In this document: positions 1 to 9,557 of the stretch, piece after piece
Position numbering within the stretch: the first letter of the stretch is position 1
How the letters are laid out: every line of letters begins with the position of its first letter
DNA from: an uncultured Anaerolineales bacterium
GTDB taxonomy: Bacteria; Chloroflexota; Anaerolineae; UBA1429
Assembly (NCBI GenBank): GCA_964567975.1
Contig: CAZMOW010000005.1
Location: 1 to 61,819 of the forward strand
Direction: 5' to 3'
Length of the DNA stretch: 61,819 nt
The notes under the pieces: model-generated
Seen by the model: only the letters and a program-made list of their open reading frames with translations
Databases searched by the model: none
What the model was told of the DNA's origin: nothing
Translations under genes and position numbers: made by a program

Positions 1-1
1 G

Positions 2-3000
2 TTCGTCGGCCAGATAGTGGGTGAGACGGGTTATGACGGCATCTATTTGGTGGGGCGGGCCCTGAACGGTGTGCTCGATATGCTTTCCATCGTGTTGATC
101 TTTTACATAGGGAAACGTCTCTATGACGCCCGTGTGGGGCTCCTGGGTGCCCTGTTTCTTGCCCTCAGCGTGCTTAACATTCAGAGCGCTCACTATTTCA
201 CCGTGGATACGTGGACCACATTTTTCGTCACTTTGAGCCTCTACTGTGCCGTTCGCGTGGCTCAGGGTGAAGGCCGGGGAAGCGTCCTGGCCCTGGGTCT
301 GGCTTTTGGTCTGGCCATAGCCTCCAAGATCAGCGTCCTCACCTTCCTACTCGTTATCGGGCTGGCTTACACGTTGAGGATCTGGAGACGATGGCGGGAA
401 GAGAGGGGCGAAGCGGCGCCATCACGATTGGCGGATTTACGCAGCCGATGGGGTCGGTTCAACCTCTCTCTCACGATTGCGCCGGATGATGCGTGTGGGC
501 CGGTGACCGACGGCGAACGTCTAGCCTTTCGCGTTTTCCGTGGTGCGCTCTTTCTTTTGGGAACATTGGTTATAGCCGCCCTCGTCTTTCGTGTGGCACA
601 GTCCCATGCCTTCACGGGGCCAGGGCTGTTCAATTTCAACCTGAACCCCACGTGGACGGACGATATGAGCCATATCAGCAAGTTGACGAGTGGGGAAAAT
701 GATTGGCCGCCCAGTTATCAATGGGCGTCGCGGACGCCGATCTTTTTCATGCTCAAGAACATGGTGCTGTGGGGGCTGGGGTTGCCGTTGGGCATCACGG
801 CGTGGGCGAGTTGGGGATTCATGGCCTGGGAGCTCTACAAAAAGGAGAAGTTGGCCCATCTTTTGCCCTGGGTATGGATGACTTTTACTTTTCTCTATCA
901 CAGTACCCAGTACGTCAAGACTATGCGCTATCTGCTTCCCATCTATCCCGCGGCGGCCATGATGGCCGCCTATGGCCTGGTCAAATTGTGGGATGGTGCC
1001 AGGATGTGGGGAATGCGTTATGATCGGAAGGACCGTTGGATACGCGGGGTGGCCGGCCTGGTGATCCTGGTGGTGGTGTTAGGTACGGCCTTTTGGGCCG
1101 TCGCCTTTACCAGCATCTATGCGCGGCCGGTGACGCGCATTGCGGCCTCGCGCTGGATGTATGAGAATCTACCTCAAGGCAGTGCCGTGTCCTATGAGGT
1201 GTGGGATGATCCCCTGCCCCTGAACATTGATGGACGCCTGGCCAGTTCCCACTTTGATCAGGTGAGGATGGACCTGTATGCGGAGGATACCCCGGAGAAG
1301 CGCGAAAAACTGTACGGCTGGCTCGAGGCAACGGACTATGTCATCCTCTCCAGCAACCGTCTCTATGAGTCGATTCCGCGTCTGCCCATGCGCTATCCCA
1401 TGACCACGCGCTACTATGAGGCCCTCTTTTCGGGGGAGCTTGGTTTTGAGCGTATAGCCACCTTTACCTCGCGGCCAAAGCTGTTGGGCATCGAGATTGT
1501 CGATGACAACGCGGAGGAGGCCTTTACCGTGTATGATCATCCCAAGGTGATCATCTTTGAAAAGGCCCCCGAATTTTCCATGGCCAGGGTCAGAGCCCTG
1601 TTCGAAGGGTATGACCTCGGACGCGTCGTGCGCCTAAAGTCGGGGCAAGTGGCCTCGGCGCCCAATTTGTTGATGCTCAGCGAGGAGGAATGGGCCATAC
1701 AGCGTGCCGGGGGGACGTGGTCCAATATCTTTTCTCGCGAAAGCCTATCCAACAGACTGCCCACGACGATCTGGCTTCTGGCTCTATTTTATGTGGGATT
1801 CGCCGCTTTTCCCCTGACTTTTGCGGCCTTGGGGCGGCTGCGCGATCGTGGATATATGCTATCCAAGACCGTGGGCTTGTTGCTGGTGAGCTATCTTGCC
1901 TGGCTGCTGCCCAGTTTGAAGGTCTTTCCCTATCGTCGAGAGCTCATTGTGGGAGTGTTGTTAGGCGTGAGCGCCCTTGCTGCCGTGGTGGGGTGGATAC
2001 AGAGACGCCAATTGCTAGAGTTTTTGCGGGCGCGCTGGCGTCTTCTAATAGTCAGTGAACTGCTGTTTTTGGGCTTTTTTTTCCTTTTCTGGCTCATACG
2101 TTTTCTCAATCCCGACCTCTGGCATCCGACCATGGGCGGAGAGAAACCCATGGATATGGCCTATCTGAATGCCATCATCAAGAGTACCCACTTTCCCCCC
2201 TATGATCCGTGGTTCGCTGGCGGGTACATCAATTATTATTACTTTGGCTGGGTCACCGTGGCGACGCTGATCAAGCTGACGGCCATCGTGCCCTCGGTGG
2301 CCTACAATCTGGCCATTCCTACCTTTTTTGCTCTGCTGGCCATGGGTTCCACGTCTGTGGTCTTTAACCTTGTCCCCGCGGGGGAGGATGAGGACGGTTG
2401 GTTCCCCAGGGCGTTGGGGTACGGCCTCGTCGGTGCGCTGTTGGTGGCTGTGGTGGGCAACCTAGGCGAACTGCAACTCTTGTGGAATGGTTTCAGGGAA
2501 TTGGGCAGTGCGGTCTCCTTTGAGAGCACCCTTCCCGGGCTCGTGCCTCTGGTGCAGGGGATCCGTGGGTTCTGGGCTTGGATCGGGGAAGGTGAGCGGT
2601 TACCTTTTCGCCCCGAGTGGTGGTACTGGAACGCCAGTCGCATCATGAAGCACGGCGAGATTAACGAGTTTCCCTTTTTCAGCTTCCTGTATGCTGATCT
2701 CCATGCCCACCTAACAGCCATGCCCTTTGCCGTCTGTGCTCTGGCCCTGGCGAGCAGCTTTGTGGTCGAGCCCGTGCGGCGGCTGTCCGGCTTGGCTGGT
2801 GACGAAAAAAGGGAAGGAGAATCCGAGGCGGAATCTGTCGGGGATCTGGAGGACAATCTCTCATCTGGCGCGCTCTCCGCTCGGCAAATTGCGCACTCTG
2901 CGTTCGCCTCCCTGCGACGTGTATGGCGACGCATCCATTGGCCCGAGATTTTCTCCTTGACCCTACTGGCGTTGGTGCTCGGGCAACTATGGTGTAACAA

Positions 3001-6000
3001 TTCTTGGGACTTTCCCACCTATGCCGGCGTCTCTGTGATCGCCCTGGCCATAAGCGCATATGCTCGGGCCGACAGGATCGACAAGGAGGTGGTGGCCCGT
3101 TTCGCGTTGCGCGTCGCGTACTTGCTGGCGTTGAGCATGCTCCTTTTCTTTCCCTACCATGCCAACTATGGCCTGGCATATTCCAGCGTCAAGTTCTGGG
3201 AGGGGGAACGTACCTCTATCGGTGCGTATCTCATCATCCATGGGACCTTTCTTTTTATACTGGTCTCATATCTTCTGGCACTCCTTTTCGATAGGAAGCG
3301 CCGAAACGGTATCGTGCGTGCCATACGCCTGCTCTTCCATTTCAGGGAGCGAAGGGAACGTGCGCTGCATCTCTACGATCTTCTCGTGCGCTGTCCAAAG
3401 GTGGGCTACGAGCTGGGATGGTTGAGCCTAATCGTCCTGGGGGTCCTGTTGGTTCTGCTCTGTTTTCAGCAGGCCTGGATCCTGTTGCTGACGGTGCCCA
3501 TACTCGCCCTGGCCTTTGGTGTAGTGTTCTTCATACGGGTGCGGGCGGAGCGGCGCTTACAGGCCGCTCTCGTGGGCGTCGGGCTGCTACTCACCCTGGC
3601 GGTGGAATACATCGTGCTCAAGGGTGACATCGGTCGCATGAACACTGTGTTCAAGTTCTCCCTGCAGGCATGGATCATGTGGGGAGTGGTTGGGGGCGCC
3701 GCGTTGGCCTATCTGATCCCCCGTCACGAGGCCTGGCCGACGGGAGCGCGTTCTCTCTGGCGCAAGGCGCTTATCTTTCTCCTGGTCGGCGTATCACTTT
3801 ATCCCTTGTTTGCCACGTATGGCAAGGTGCGGGACCGCTGGAATCCCGAGCTGCCGCCGGGATTGGATGGTATGCGCTTTATGACCGTGGCAAACTATCG
3901 AGATAACGAGCGCGATTTGGCCCTGGAACATGATTATCAGGCTATCGTGTGGATGCAGGAGCATATCAAGGGCTCGCCCGTGATCGCCGAGGCCAATAGC
4001 CCCCTCTACCGTTGGGGAAACCGCGTATCGGTATACACGGGATTACCTGCCATCGTGGGCTGGGATTGGCATCAAAAGCAGCAGCGCGCGGCGGTGGGCA
4101 GTCAGGTGGTAGATTGGCGCCTGGAGGATCTGCGGCAACTCTATAACACCCATGATACCGTGGTCGCCGCCCGCATTCTTGACCGCTACCGCGTGGGCTA
4201 TATATATGTGGGCGAATTGGAGCAGGCCTACTATGACGCACAGGGTCTAGCCAAGTTTGAGCGTATGGTTGGTTCCACGTTGGAGGTCGTCTACGAACGG
4301 GGTCCGGTCACTATCTATCGCGTCAAGGGGTCGGGTGCTGAAATGGTAGCCTCGGATTCCGGGGAACAGGGGAGCTCATGGAATGCCGTGAAACGTTGGC
4401 TTGACAGGCATTGGGTGCCGGGGGTGGTGAGGGCGGAGGAACCACAGAAACGCCCCTCTGGCGGACTGCAGGCGGGGGAGGAGGGGGCCTCGCTTATGCT
4501 GGACGAACCTGTCGATCAGCTGCCGGTGATCGAGGATCGGGGCTGGAATCGCCTGGCGGCGGACAGCACGATCTTTTCTCTCCTCTCTTGGTGGGTCGTA
4601 CTGCAGCTCCTTGGACTGGTCGCGCTTCCCCTGGTGGGCTATGCTTTTCCTCAGCTGCCGGACGGGGGGTATTATCTCAGCAAGGGGATTGGTCTGTTGC
4701 TCGTCAGCTATCTCGTATGGTTCGGTGCCAGTTTGAATGTGGTTGCCAACCGTCCCCGGGTGGCCTGGTCGGCCTTGGTGTTGCTGGGGGGATGCGCTTT
4801 TTTTCTGTGGTTACGCCATCGCCGTCGTTTAGGAGGGAGGTGGCGCCTACAGCGGAGGCTGATACTGATAGAGGAGGGAATCTTTGACGTCGGTTTTCTG
4901 CTCTTTGTCGGTCTGCGCCTTCTCAACCCGGACCTGTGGCAGCCCTGGTTCGGCGGGGAAAAGATGATGGAGATGGCTTTCCTCAATGCCATCTCCAAAT
5001 CCGCCCATATGCCGCCCTATGACCCCTATTTCGCCGGCGGGTATATCAACTATTACTATTATGGGCAATTTATCGTCGGCACGTTGATCAAGCTCACGGG
5101 GACGCTTCCTCGTGTGGCCTTTAACCTGGCCGTGCCCACCTTTTTTGCACTGACCGTCTCCCATACCTTTGGTGTCTCCTATGGACTCGCGGCCCTGGAT
5201 GAGGGAGGACCGGAAGCGACCCCAGGAGTGGGGGACGACGTTGAAATTGCCGGGGCTGCTCCTCGCGCAAGTTCCATCTCCTCCCGGGGGCTGTGGGCGG
5301 GGATGGGGACGGTGGCATTGGTGGCCGTCATGGGCAACCTCTCTGGTATATTGCAGGTGCTGGAGAGGCTTGCAGAGGCCGGAGGGGTCTCTATCACGGG
5401 CTCTCAGGTGACCTGGGCGGATATTTCCCGCGTCCTACCGGGGCTGGTGCGCATGATACGACAGGGCATCCCTTTACGTTTCGAATACTGGTACTATGGC
5501 ACGCGTATCATCCCCCATACCATCAACGAGTTCCCCTTTTTTACCTTTCTCTTTGCTGATTTGCATCCCCATCTGATCGGCATTCCCTTCACCATACTCG
5601 TCGTGGGGCTGGCCGCTTCTTTGTTATGGGGTAGGGAGCGCCGTCCCGGCTCCTCCATCATGGCTGGCGTCCTGGCCATCGTCGCCCTGGGTTCTTTGGG
5701 GGTGATCAACACCTGGGATCTACCCGCCTATGCGGCGCTCTTGGGTTGTATCATGTTCTACGGTGGCTACATCCGCGGGGGGTTGAGAGGAGCCATGGTG
5801 GGTGCGGGCGCCTTTTTGCTCTTTTTCTTACTCTCCCTGATGGCCTATGGCCCCTTCTATGCACACTATCGAGCTCAGCATGTGGGATTGGGGATCGTTC
5901 CTCTAGCTGGGCGTACCCCACTGGCTCCTTTTTTGGTCATCTGGGGATTTTACGTCTTTTTGGTCATTTCTGTAACTCTGTGGTGGACGTGGCAGGCCTG

Positions 6001-7042
6001 GCCGTGGCCTCGCATGGCGACCGTGGTCAAAAGGCGGGGATTGGGTCGCACCTTGCACCGGCTTTGGTCCTGGCGAAAAAGGGCGATGGTAGCCTGGGGG
6101 ATCTATTTTCTGTCTTTGGTGATGCTGATAGCCACGGGCGTCTTTTTCGTCCTGTCCAGCGTATGGCTTTGGGCGTTGCTCGTGCCCCTGATGGGATTGA
6201 CCGGGCTGGCCGTTCTCCGCAGTGGGACGGATCGAACCGTTTTTTTACGACGCCTGATGGCCTTTGCGGGGCTGGCAATCCTGTGGATGGTGGAGATCGT
6301 CTATGTGAAGGATTTCCTGGCCGGCTCCGAGTGGCGGCGCATGAATACCATGTTCAAGTTCTACATTCAGGTCTGGGTGTTGCTCGGTTTGGCAGTGGGC
6401 GGTACTTTGCCCATACTATGGAGTAGGATAAGGGGATGGCTGGGAGCCGTGTGGAAGACCCTCTTTCTCTTGGGCCTGGTGTCGTCCATGGTATACACTG
6501 TACTGGCAATTCCGGCGCGCATCACCCAGCGCTTTCCCAATGCGGAACCGCCGGTGGCAACCCTAGATGGCACGGCTTATATGGAAACGGGCGTCTATTC
6601 CTGGCCGGATGAGGAGAGCGAGATCTATTTGAGATATGATCGGCAGGCCATCGCCTGGCTGTGGGAAAACGTGGAGGGCACGCCGGTGCTTGCCGAAGCA
6701 CCCCTGGGCTACTATCGAGAAGGGGGGCTTCGCGTCTGTTCCTATACGGGTCTGCCCACGATCATCGGCGCTCATGTGAACGAGCAGCGTCCCTGGGAGC
6801 AGTTGGGCTCACGGCAGGAGGATGCGGAGAGCATATTTCGTAGCGCGGATATCAAGAGGGTGCGGGAGATCCTGGCGAAATATCGCGTGCGCTATGTGTA
6901 CGTGGGTCAACTGGAGCGTAATGCCTATGACCCCGCCGGCCTGGCCAAGTTCGATATCATGGTGGATCGGGGAATCATGACGCGCGTATTTCATAATGAG
7001 GGGGTCGATATCTATAAGGTGCTGGGGGCTGGGGATGCCTGA
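2..7042 (+). CDS. 5-prime-partial giant polytopic membrane protein: PMT_2/ArnT-like GT-C domain fused to two complete DUF2298 (Chlor_Arch_YYY, TIGR03662-type) modules
   Basis: The frame is open to the left window edge (no stop upstream of the GTG at 17), so the true start lies outside the window. The protein is extremely hydrophobic. The DUF2298 signature occurs twice: NPDLWHPTMGGEKPMDMAYLNAIIKSTHFPPYDPWFAGGYINYYYFGW (nt ~2104-2253) and NPDLWQPWFGGEKMMEMAFLNAISKSAHMPPYDPYFAGGYINYYYYGQ (nt ~4921-5070). Each copy is followed by INEFPFF(S/T)FL(Y/F)ADLH.H and a C-terminal YRV.Y.YVG.LE block. Confidence 0.8.
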   Translation, partial: FVGQIVGETGYDGIYLVGRALNGVLDMLSIVLIFYIGKRLYDARVGLLGALFLALSVLNIQSAHYFTVDTWTTFFVTLSLYCAVRVAQGEGRGSVLALGLAFGLAIASKISVLTFLLVIGLAYTLRIWRRWREERGEAAPSRLADLRSRWGRFNLSLTIAPDDACGPVTDGERLAFRVFRGALFLLGTLVIAALVFRVAQSHAFTGPGLFNFNLNPTWTDDMSHISKLTSGENDWPPSYQWASRTPIFFMLKNMVLWGLGLPLGITAWASWGFMAWELYKKEKLAHLLPWVWMTFTFLYHSTQYVKTMRYLLPIYPAAAMMAAYGLVKLWDGARMWGMRYDRKDRWIRGVAGLVILVVVLGTAFWAVAFTSIYARPVTRIAASRWMYENLPQGSAVSYEVWDDPLPLNIDGRLASSHFDQVRMDLYAEDTPEKREKLYGWLEATDYVILSSNRLYESIPRLPMRYPMTTRYYEALFSGELGFERIATFTSRPKLLGIEIVDDNAEEAFTVYDHPKVIIFEKAPEFSMARVRALFEGYDLGRVVRLKSGQVASAPNLLMLSEEEWAIQRAGGTWSNIFSRESLSNRLPTTIWLLALFYVGFAAFPLTFAALGRLRDRGYMLSKTVGLLLVSYLAWLLPSLKVFPYRRELIVGVLLGVSALAAVVGWIQRRQLLEFLRARWRLLIVSELLFLGFFFLFWLIRFLNPDLWHPTMGGEKPMDMAYLNAIIKSTHFPPYDPWFAGGYINYYYFGWVTVATLIKLTAIVPSVAYNLAIPTFFALLAMGSTSVVFNLVPAGEDEDGWFPRALGYGLVGALLVAVVGNLGELQLLWNGFRELGSAVSFESTLPGLVPLVQGIRGFWAWIGEGERLPFRPEWWYWNASRIMKHGEINEFPFFSFLYADLHAHLTAMPFAVCALALASSFVVEPVRRLSGLAGDEKREGESEAESVGDLEDNLSSGALSARQIAHSAFASLRRVWRRIHWPEIFSLTLLALVLGQLWCNNSWDFPTYAGVSVIALAISAYARADRIDKEVVARFALRVAYLLALSMLLFFPYHANYGLAYSSVKFWEGERTSIGAYLIIHGTFLFILVSYLLALLFDRKRRNGIVRAIRLLFHFRERRERALHLYDLLVRCPKVGYELGWLSLIVLGVLLVLLCFQQAWILLLTVPILALAFGVVFFIRVRAERRLQAALVGVGLLLTLAVEYIVLKGDIGRMNTVFKFSLQAWIMWGVVGGAALAYLIPRHEAWPTGARSLWRKALIFLLVGVSLYPLFATYGKVRDRWNPELPPGLDGMRFMTVANYRDNERDLALEHDYQAIVWMQEHIKGSPVIAEANSPLYRWGNRVSVYTGLPAIVGWDWHQKQQRAAVGSQVVDWRLEDLRQLYNTHDTVVAARILDRYRVGYIYVGELEQAYYDAQGLAKFERMVGSTLEVVYERGPVTIYRVKGSGAEMVASDSGEQGSSWNAVKRWLDRHWVPGVVRAEEPQKRPSGGLQAGEEGASLMLDEPVDQLPVIEDRGWNRLAADSTIFSLLSWWVVLQLLGLVALPLVGYAFPQLPDGGYYLSKGIGLLLVSYLVWFGASLNVVANRPRVAWSALVLLGGCAFFLWLRHRRRLGGRWRLQRRLILIEEGIFDVGFLLFVGLRLLNPDLWQPWFGGEKMMEMAFLNAISKSAHMPPYDPYFAGGYINYYYYGQFIVGTLIKLTGTLPRVAFNLAVPTFFALTVSHTFGVSYGLAALDEGGPEATPGVGDDVEIAGAAPRASSISSRGLWAGMGTVALVAVMGNLSGILQVLERLAEAGGVSITGSQVTWADISRVLPGLVRMIRQGIPLRFEYWYYGTRIIPHTINEFPFFTFLFADLHPHLIGIPFTILVVGLAASLLWGRERRPGSSIMAGVLAIVALGSLGVINTWDLPAYAALLGCIMFYGGYIRGGLRGAMVGAGAFLLFFLLSLMAYGPFYAHYRAQHVGLGIVPLAGRTPLAPFLVIWGFYVFLVISVTLWWTWQAWPWPRMATVVKRRGLGRTLHRLWSWRKRAMVAWGIYFLSLVMLIATGVFFVLSSVWLWALLVPLMGLTGLAVLRSGTDRTVFLRRLMAFAGLAILWMVEIVYVKDFLAGSEWRRMNTMFKFYIQVWVLLGLAVGGTLPILWSRIRGWLGAVWKTLFLLGLVSSMVYTVLAIPARITQRFPNAEPPVATLDGTAYMETGVYSWPDEESEIYLRYDRQAIAWLWENVEGTPVLAEAPLGYYREGGLRVCSYTGLPTIIGAHVNEQRPWEQLGSRQEDAESIFRSADIKRVREILAKYRVRYVYVGQLERNAYDPAGLAKFDIMVDRGIMTRVFHNEGVDIYKVLGAGDA

Positions 7043-7090
7043 GGTGCTAGAGTCTCCCTATTTGAGAGCAATCTTGAGGAGTTCTGGTCC

Positions 7091-9490
7091 ATGATGCACG
7101 TCCTGCTCTGGTGGTTTGTCCTGCAGGTCATAGGGCTGCTCGCCCTGCCCATCGGCCTGCGGCTCCTGCGCTTTCTGCCCGACCGTGGATTCGGTTTCGC
7201 CCGTCAGATGGGATTGATCCTGTCAGCCTTTGTTTTTTGGCTGTTGGTGACCTTGGGGATCCTGCAGAACACCACCTCCTGTATAGTGTTCGTGTTGCTG
7301 CTCATGGGGGGCTTTTCAGCCTATCTCTGGTCAAGGGACGGGGGGCGAATGCTGGCCGACCTGAGGGAACGCTGGCGTCTCCTCCTTGCCACCGAGTGCG
7401 TTTTCCTCGTGGGGCTGGTCGGCTTTGCCCTTTTTCGGGCCTACAATCCCGATATTGCGGGCACGGAAAAGCCCATGGAGTTCGCTTTCATAAACGCTAT
7501 CCTGCGCAGCCGCACCTTTCCTCCCCACGATCCCTGGCTGTCGGGCTATGCCATCAGCTACTACTATTTCGGCTACATCATGACGGCCATGCTCATCAGG
7601 CTTTCAGGGGTGCCCAGCGAGATGGGCTTCAATCTCATGGGTAGCACCCTTTTCGCCCTCACCCTGAGCGGTTCCTTCAGTCTCGTCTATAGTATGGTAC
7701 AGGCGTACCTTGATGGCGAGGAGGATGGGCCAGCGGAGGATACACCTCCGATATCGGGAGCTGCCGTGGGCACTGGCCTCCTGGCGGCAGTCCTTGTGGC
7801 GCTGATGGGCAATCTGGAGGGTGTCTTTGAGCTGCTTCGCGCCCATGGCGGGGGGTCGGAGGCGTTATGGCGTTGGTTGGATATAAGGAACCTGCGCGCC
7901 ACGCCGCCGAGTTCTAGCTGGTATCCGGATGATTCCTGGTGGTGGTGGCGGGCTTCCCGCGTCATCCACGACGTGGACGCGACGGGTCGCTCCATGGAGG
8001 TCATCAGTGAATTTCCCTTTTTCAGCTTTCTCCTAGGGGATAACCACCCTCACGTGCTCGCGCTGCCCTTTGTTCTGCTGGCCCTCGCTCTGGCCCTGAA
8101 CCTGCTGCTGCACGGGGCGCGGGAAGGGGTGCATGGGGAGGAAGTAGGAGAGGGGGGAAGCCTCTGGAAGCGGGGGATCGCCCTTTTAGGACGGATCTGG
8201 CCTGGCGGTATCTGGGATTTCCTTCTCTATGCTGTGATCATAGGAGGCTTGGGCTTTCTCAATACCTGGGATTATCCCATCTATCTGGGATTCCTCGTTC
8301 TGATCTATGCCGTCCACCGTCAGGCGGAGGTGGCGCCCGGGCAAAGGTGGCTGCCTGACGCGCTTGCTGTCTTTGTGGCACTGCTCTTTACGGGTATCCT
8401 GGCCTATCTCCCTTTTTATATAAGCTTTCGCTCTCAGGCGGGGGGCATCGGCTGGGTGGGGGAGATTAAGACGCGGCTGCATCAGTACCTGATCATGATG
8501 GGAATCTTTGTCTTCATTCAGCTTGGTTTTCTGGTCTTTCTCACGGCTCACCAGCAGCGTGGGAGAGGGACGGATGGTCCCCCGTGGGCGAGGTGGGTGG
8601 CCGGCTTGATGGCACTTTTCGTGCTGTTTTGCCTGCTCCGACAGTGGTGGACGGCGGCTTTTGTTTGGGCCATTGTGGCGCTTTCAGTGACACTCTGGCT
8701 GTCGGGGAGTTGGAGTGCCCCGGAAATGTCCCTTTCGCCCAGCACGTCCTTTGCGCTTCTTTTGGTCATGGGGGGTTTTGCGCTGACGGGTAGTGTGGAG
8801 TTTATCTTTCTTCGAGACACGTTCGGTACGCGCATGAATACCATCTTCAAGTTTTACTATCAGGCGTGGGTGATGCTGGCCCTTGCCTCTGCTTATGGGA
8901 TATTCCACGTGCTGCATCGATGGGAGCGGCTCGGCTCCATGCTGGGACGCGTCGCCACGGGGGTGTGGCTGGCGGTGGCGGGAGTGCTTGTGCTGGCTGG
9001 TGTGAGCTATACAGTGGCCGCCACCGTCAGCAAGGCCGGGGGATTTCGTGGGGAACCGACCCTCGATGGCAGCCGCTATGTGAGGCAGCACCGCATGGCA
9101 GAGTATGAGGCCATCCAGTGGCTGGAGGCCAATGCCCCGCCGGGGAGCGTGCTCCTGGAGGCGCCAGGGGGATCCTATTCGGAGTATAATTGGGTCTCTG
9201 CGCATACGGGCATACCCACCCTGCTAGGTTGGGGGGGACACGAATTGCAGTGGCGGGGCAACTATGATGAGCCCGGACGTCGGGAGCCGGATGCTGCCAC
9301 CATCTATCAGAGTCTCGACAGGGCGCAAAAGCGTCAGCTCTTGGAGGAATACGACGTGGATTTTGTGTACGTGGGGCCGCTGGAGCGAAAAAAGTATAGT
9401 TTGAACCCGGCCATGATTGCCGCCTTTGACGATCTCATGGGGCGTTGTTACGAGGGAGATGGCATCATCATCTATTGTTGGTCGCCCTGA
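7091..9490 (+). CDS. DUF2298 (Chlor_Arch_YYY) family polytopic membrane protein, stand-alone module
   Basis: 799 aa with the same signature set: NPDIAGTEKPMEFAFINAILRSRTFPPHDPWLSGYAISYYYFGY, ISEFPFFSFLLGDNHPH, and C-terminal YDVDFVYVGPLERKKY. GAGGAG lies upstream of the ATG, and the gap to the previous gene is 48 bp. Confidence 0.8.
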   Translation: MMHVLLWWFVLQVIGLLALPIGLRLLRFLPDRGFGFARQMGLILSAFVFWLLVTLGILQNTTSCIVFVLLLMGGFSAYLWSRDGGRMLADLRERWRLLLATECVFLVGLVGFALFRAYNPDIAGTEKPMEFAFINAILRSRTFPPHDPWLSGYAISYYYFGYIMTAMLIRLSGVPSEMGFNLMGSTLFALTLSGSFSLVYSMVQAYLDGEEDGPAEDTPPISGAAVGTGLLAAVLVALMGNLEGVFELLRAHGGGSEALWRWLDIRNLRATPPSSSWYPDDSWWWWRASRVIHDVDATGRSMEVISEFPFFSFLLGDNHPHVLALPFVLLALALALNLLLHGAREGVHGEEVGEGGSLWKRGIALLGRIWPGGIWDFLLYAVIIGGLGFLNTWDYPIYLGFLVLIYAVHRQAEVAPGQRWLPDALAVFVALLFTGILAYLPFYISFRSQAGGIGWVGEIKTRLHQYLIMMGIFVFIQLGFLVFLTAHQQRGRGTDGPPWARWVAGLMALFVLFCLLRQWWTAAFVWAIVALSVTLWLSGSWSAPEMSLSPSTSFALLLVMGGFALTGSVEFIFLRDTFGTRMNTIFKFYYQAWVMLALASAYGIFHVLHRWERLGSMLGRVATGVWLAVAGVLVLAGVSYTVAATVSKAGGFRGEPTLDGSRYVRQHRMAEYEAIQWLEANAPPGSVLLEAPGGSYSEYNWVSAHTGIPTLLGWGGHELQWRGNYDEPGRREPDAATIYQSLDRAQKRQLLEEYDVDFVYVGPLERKKYSLNPAMIAAFDDLMGRCYEGDGIIIYCWSP

Positions 9491-9557
9491 AAATGGGGCC
9501 TCCCGTTCTGTAAGGGCGCGCTCAGGTATGGTATAATCCTTGTGACCGTATGTCAGT

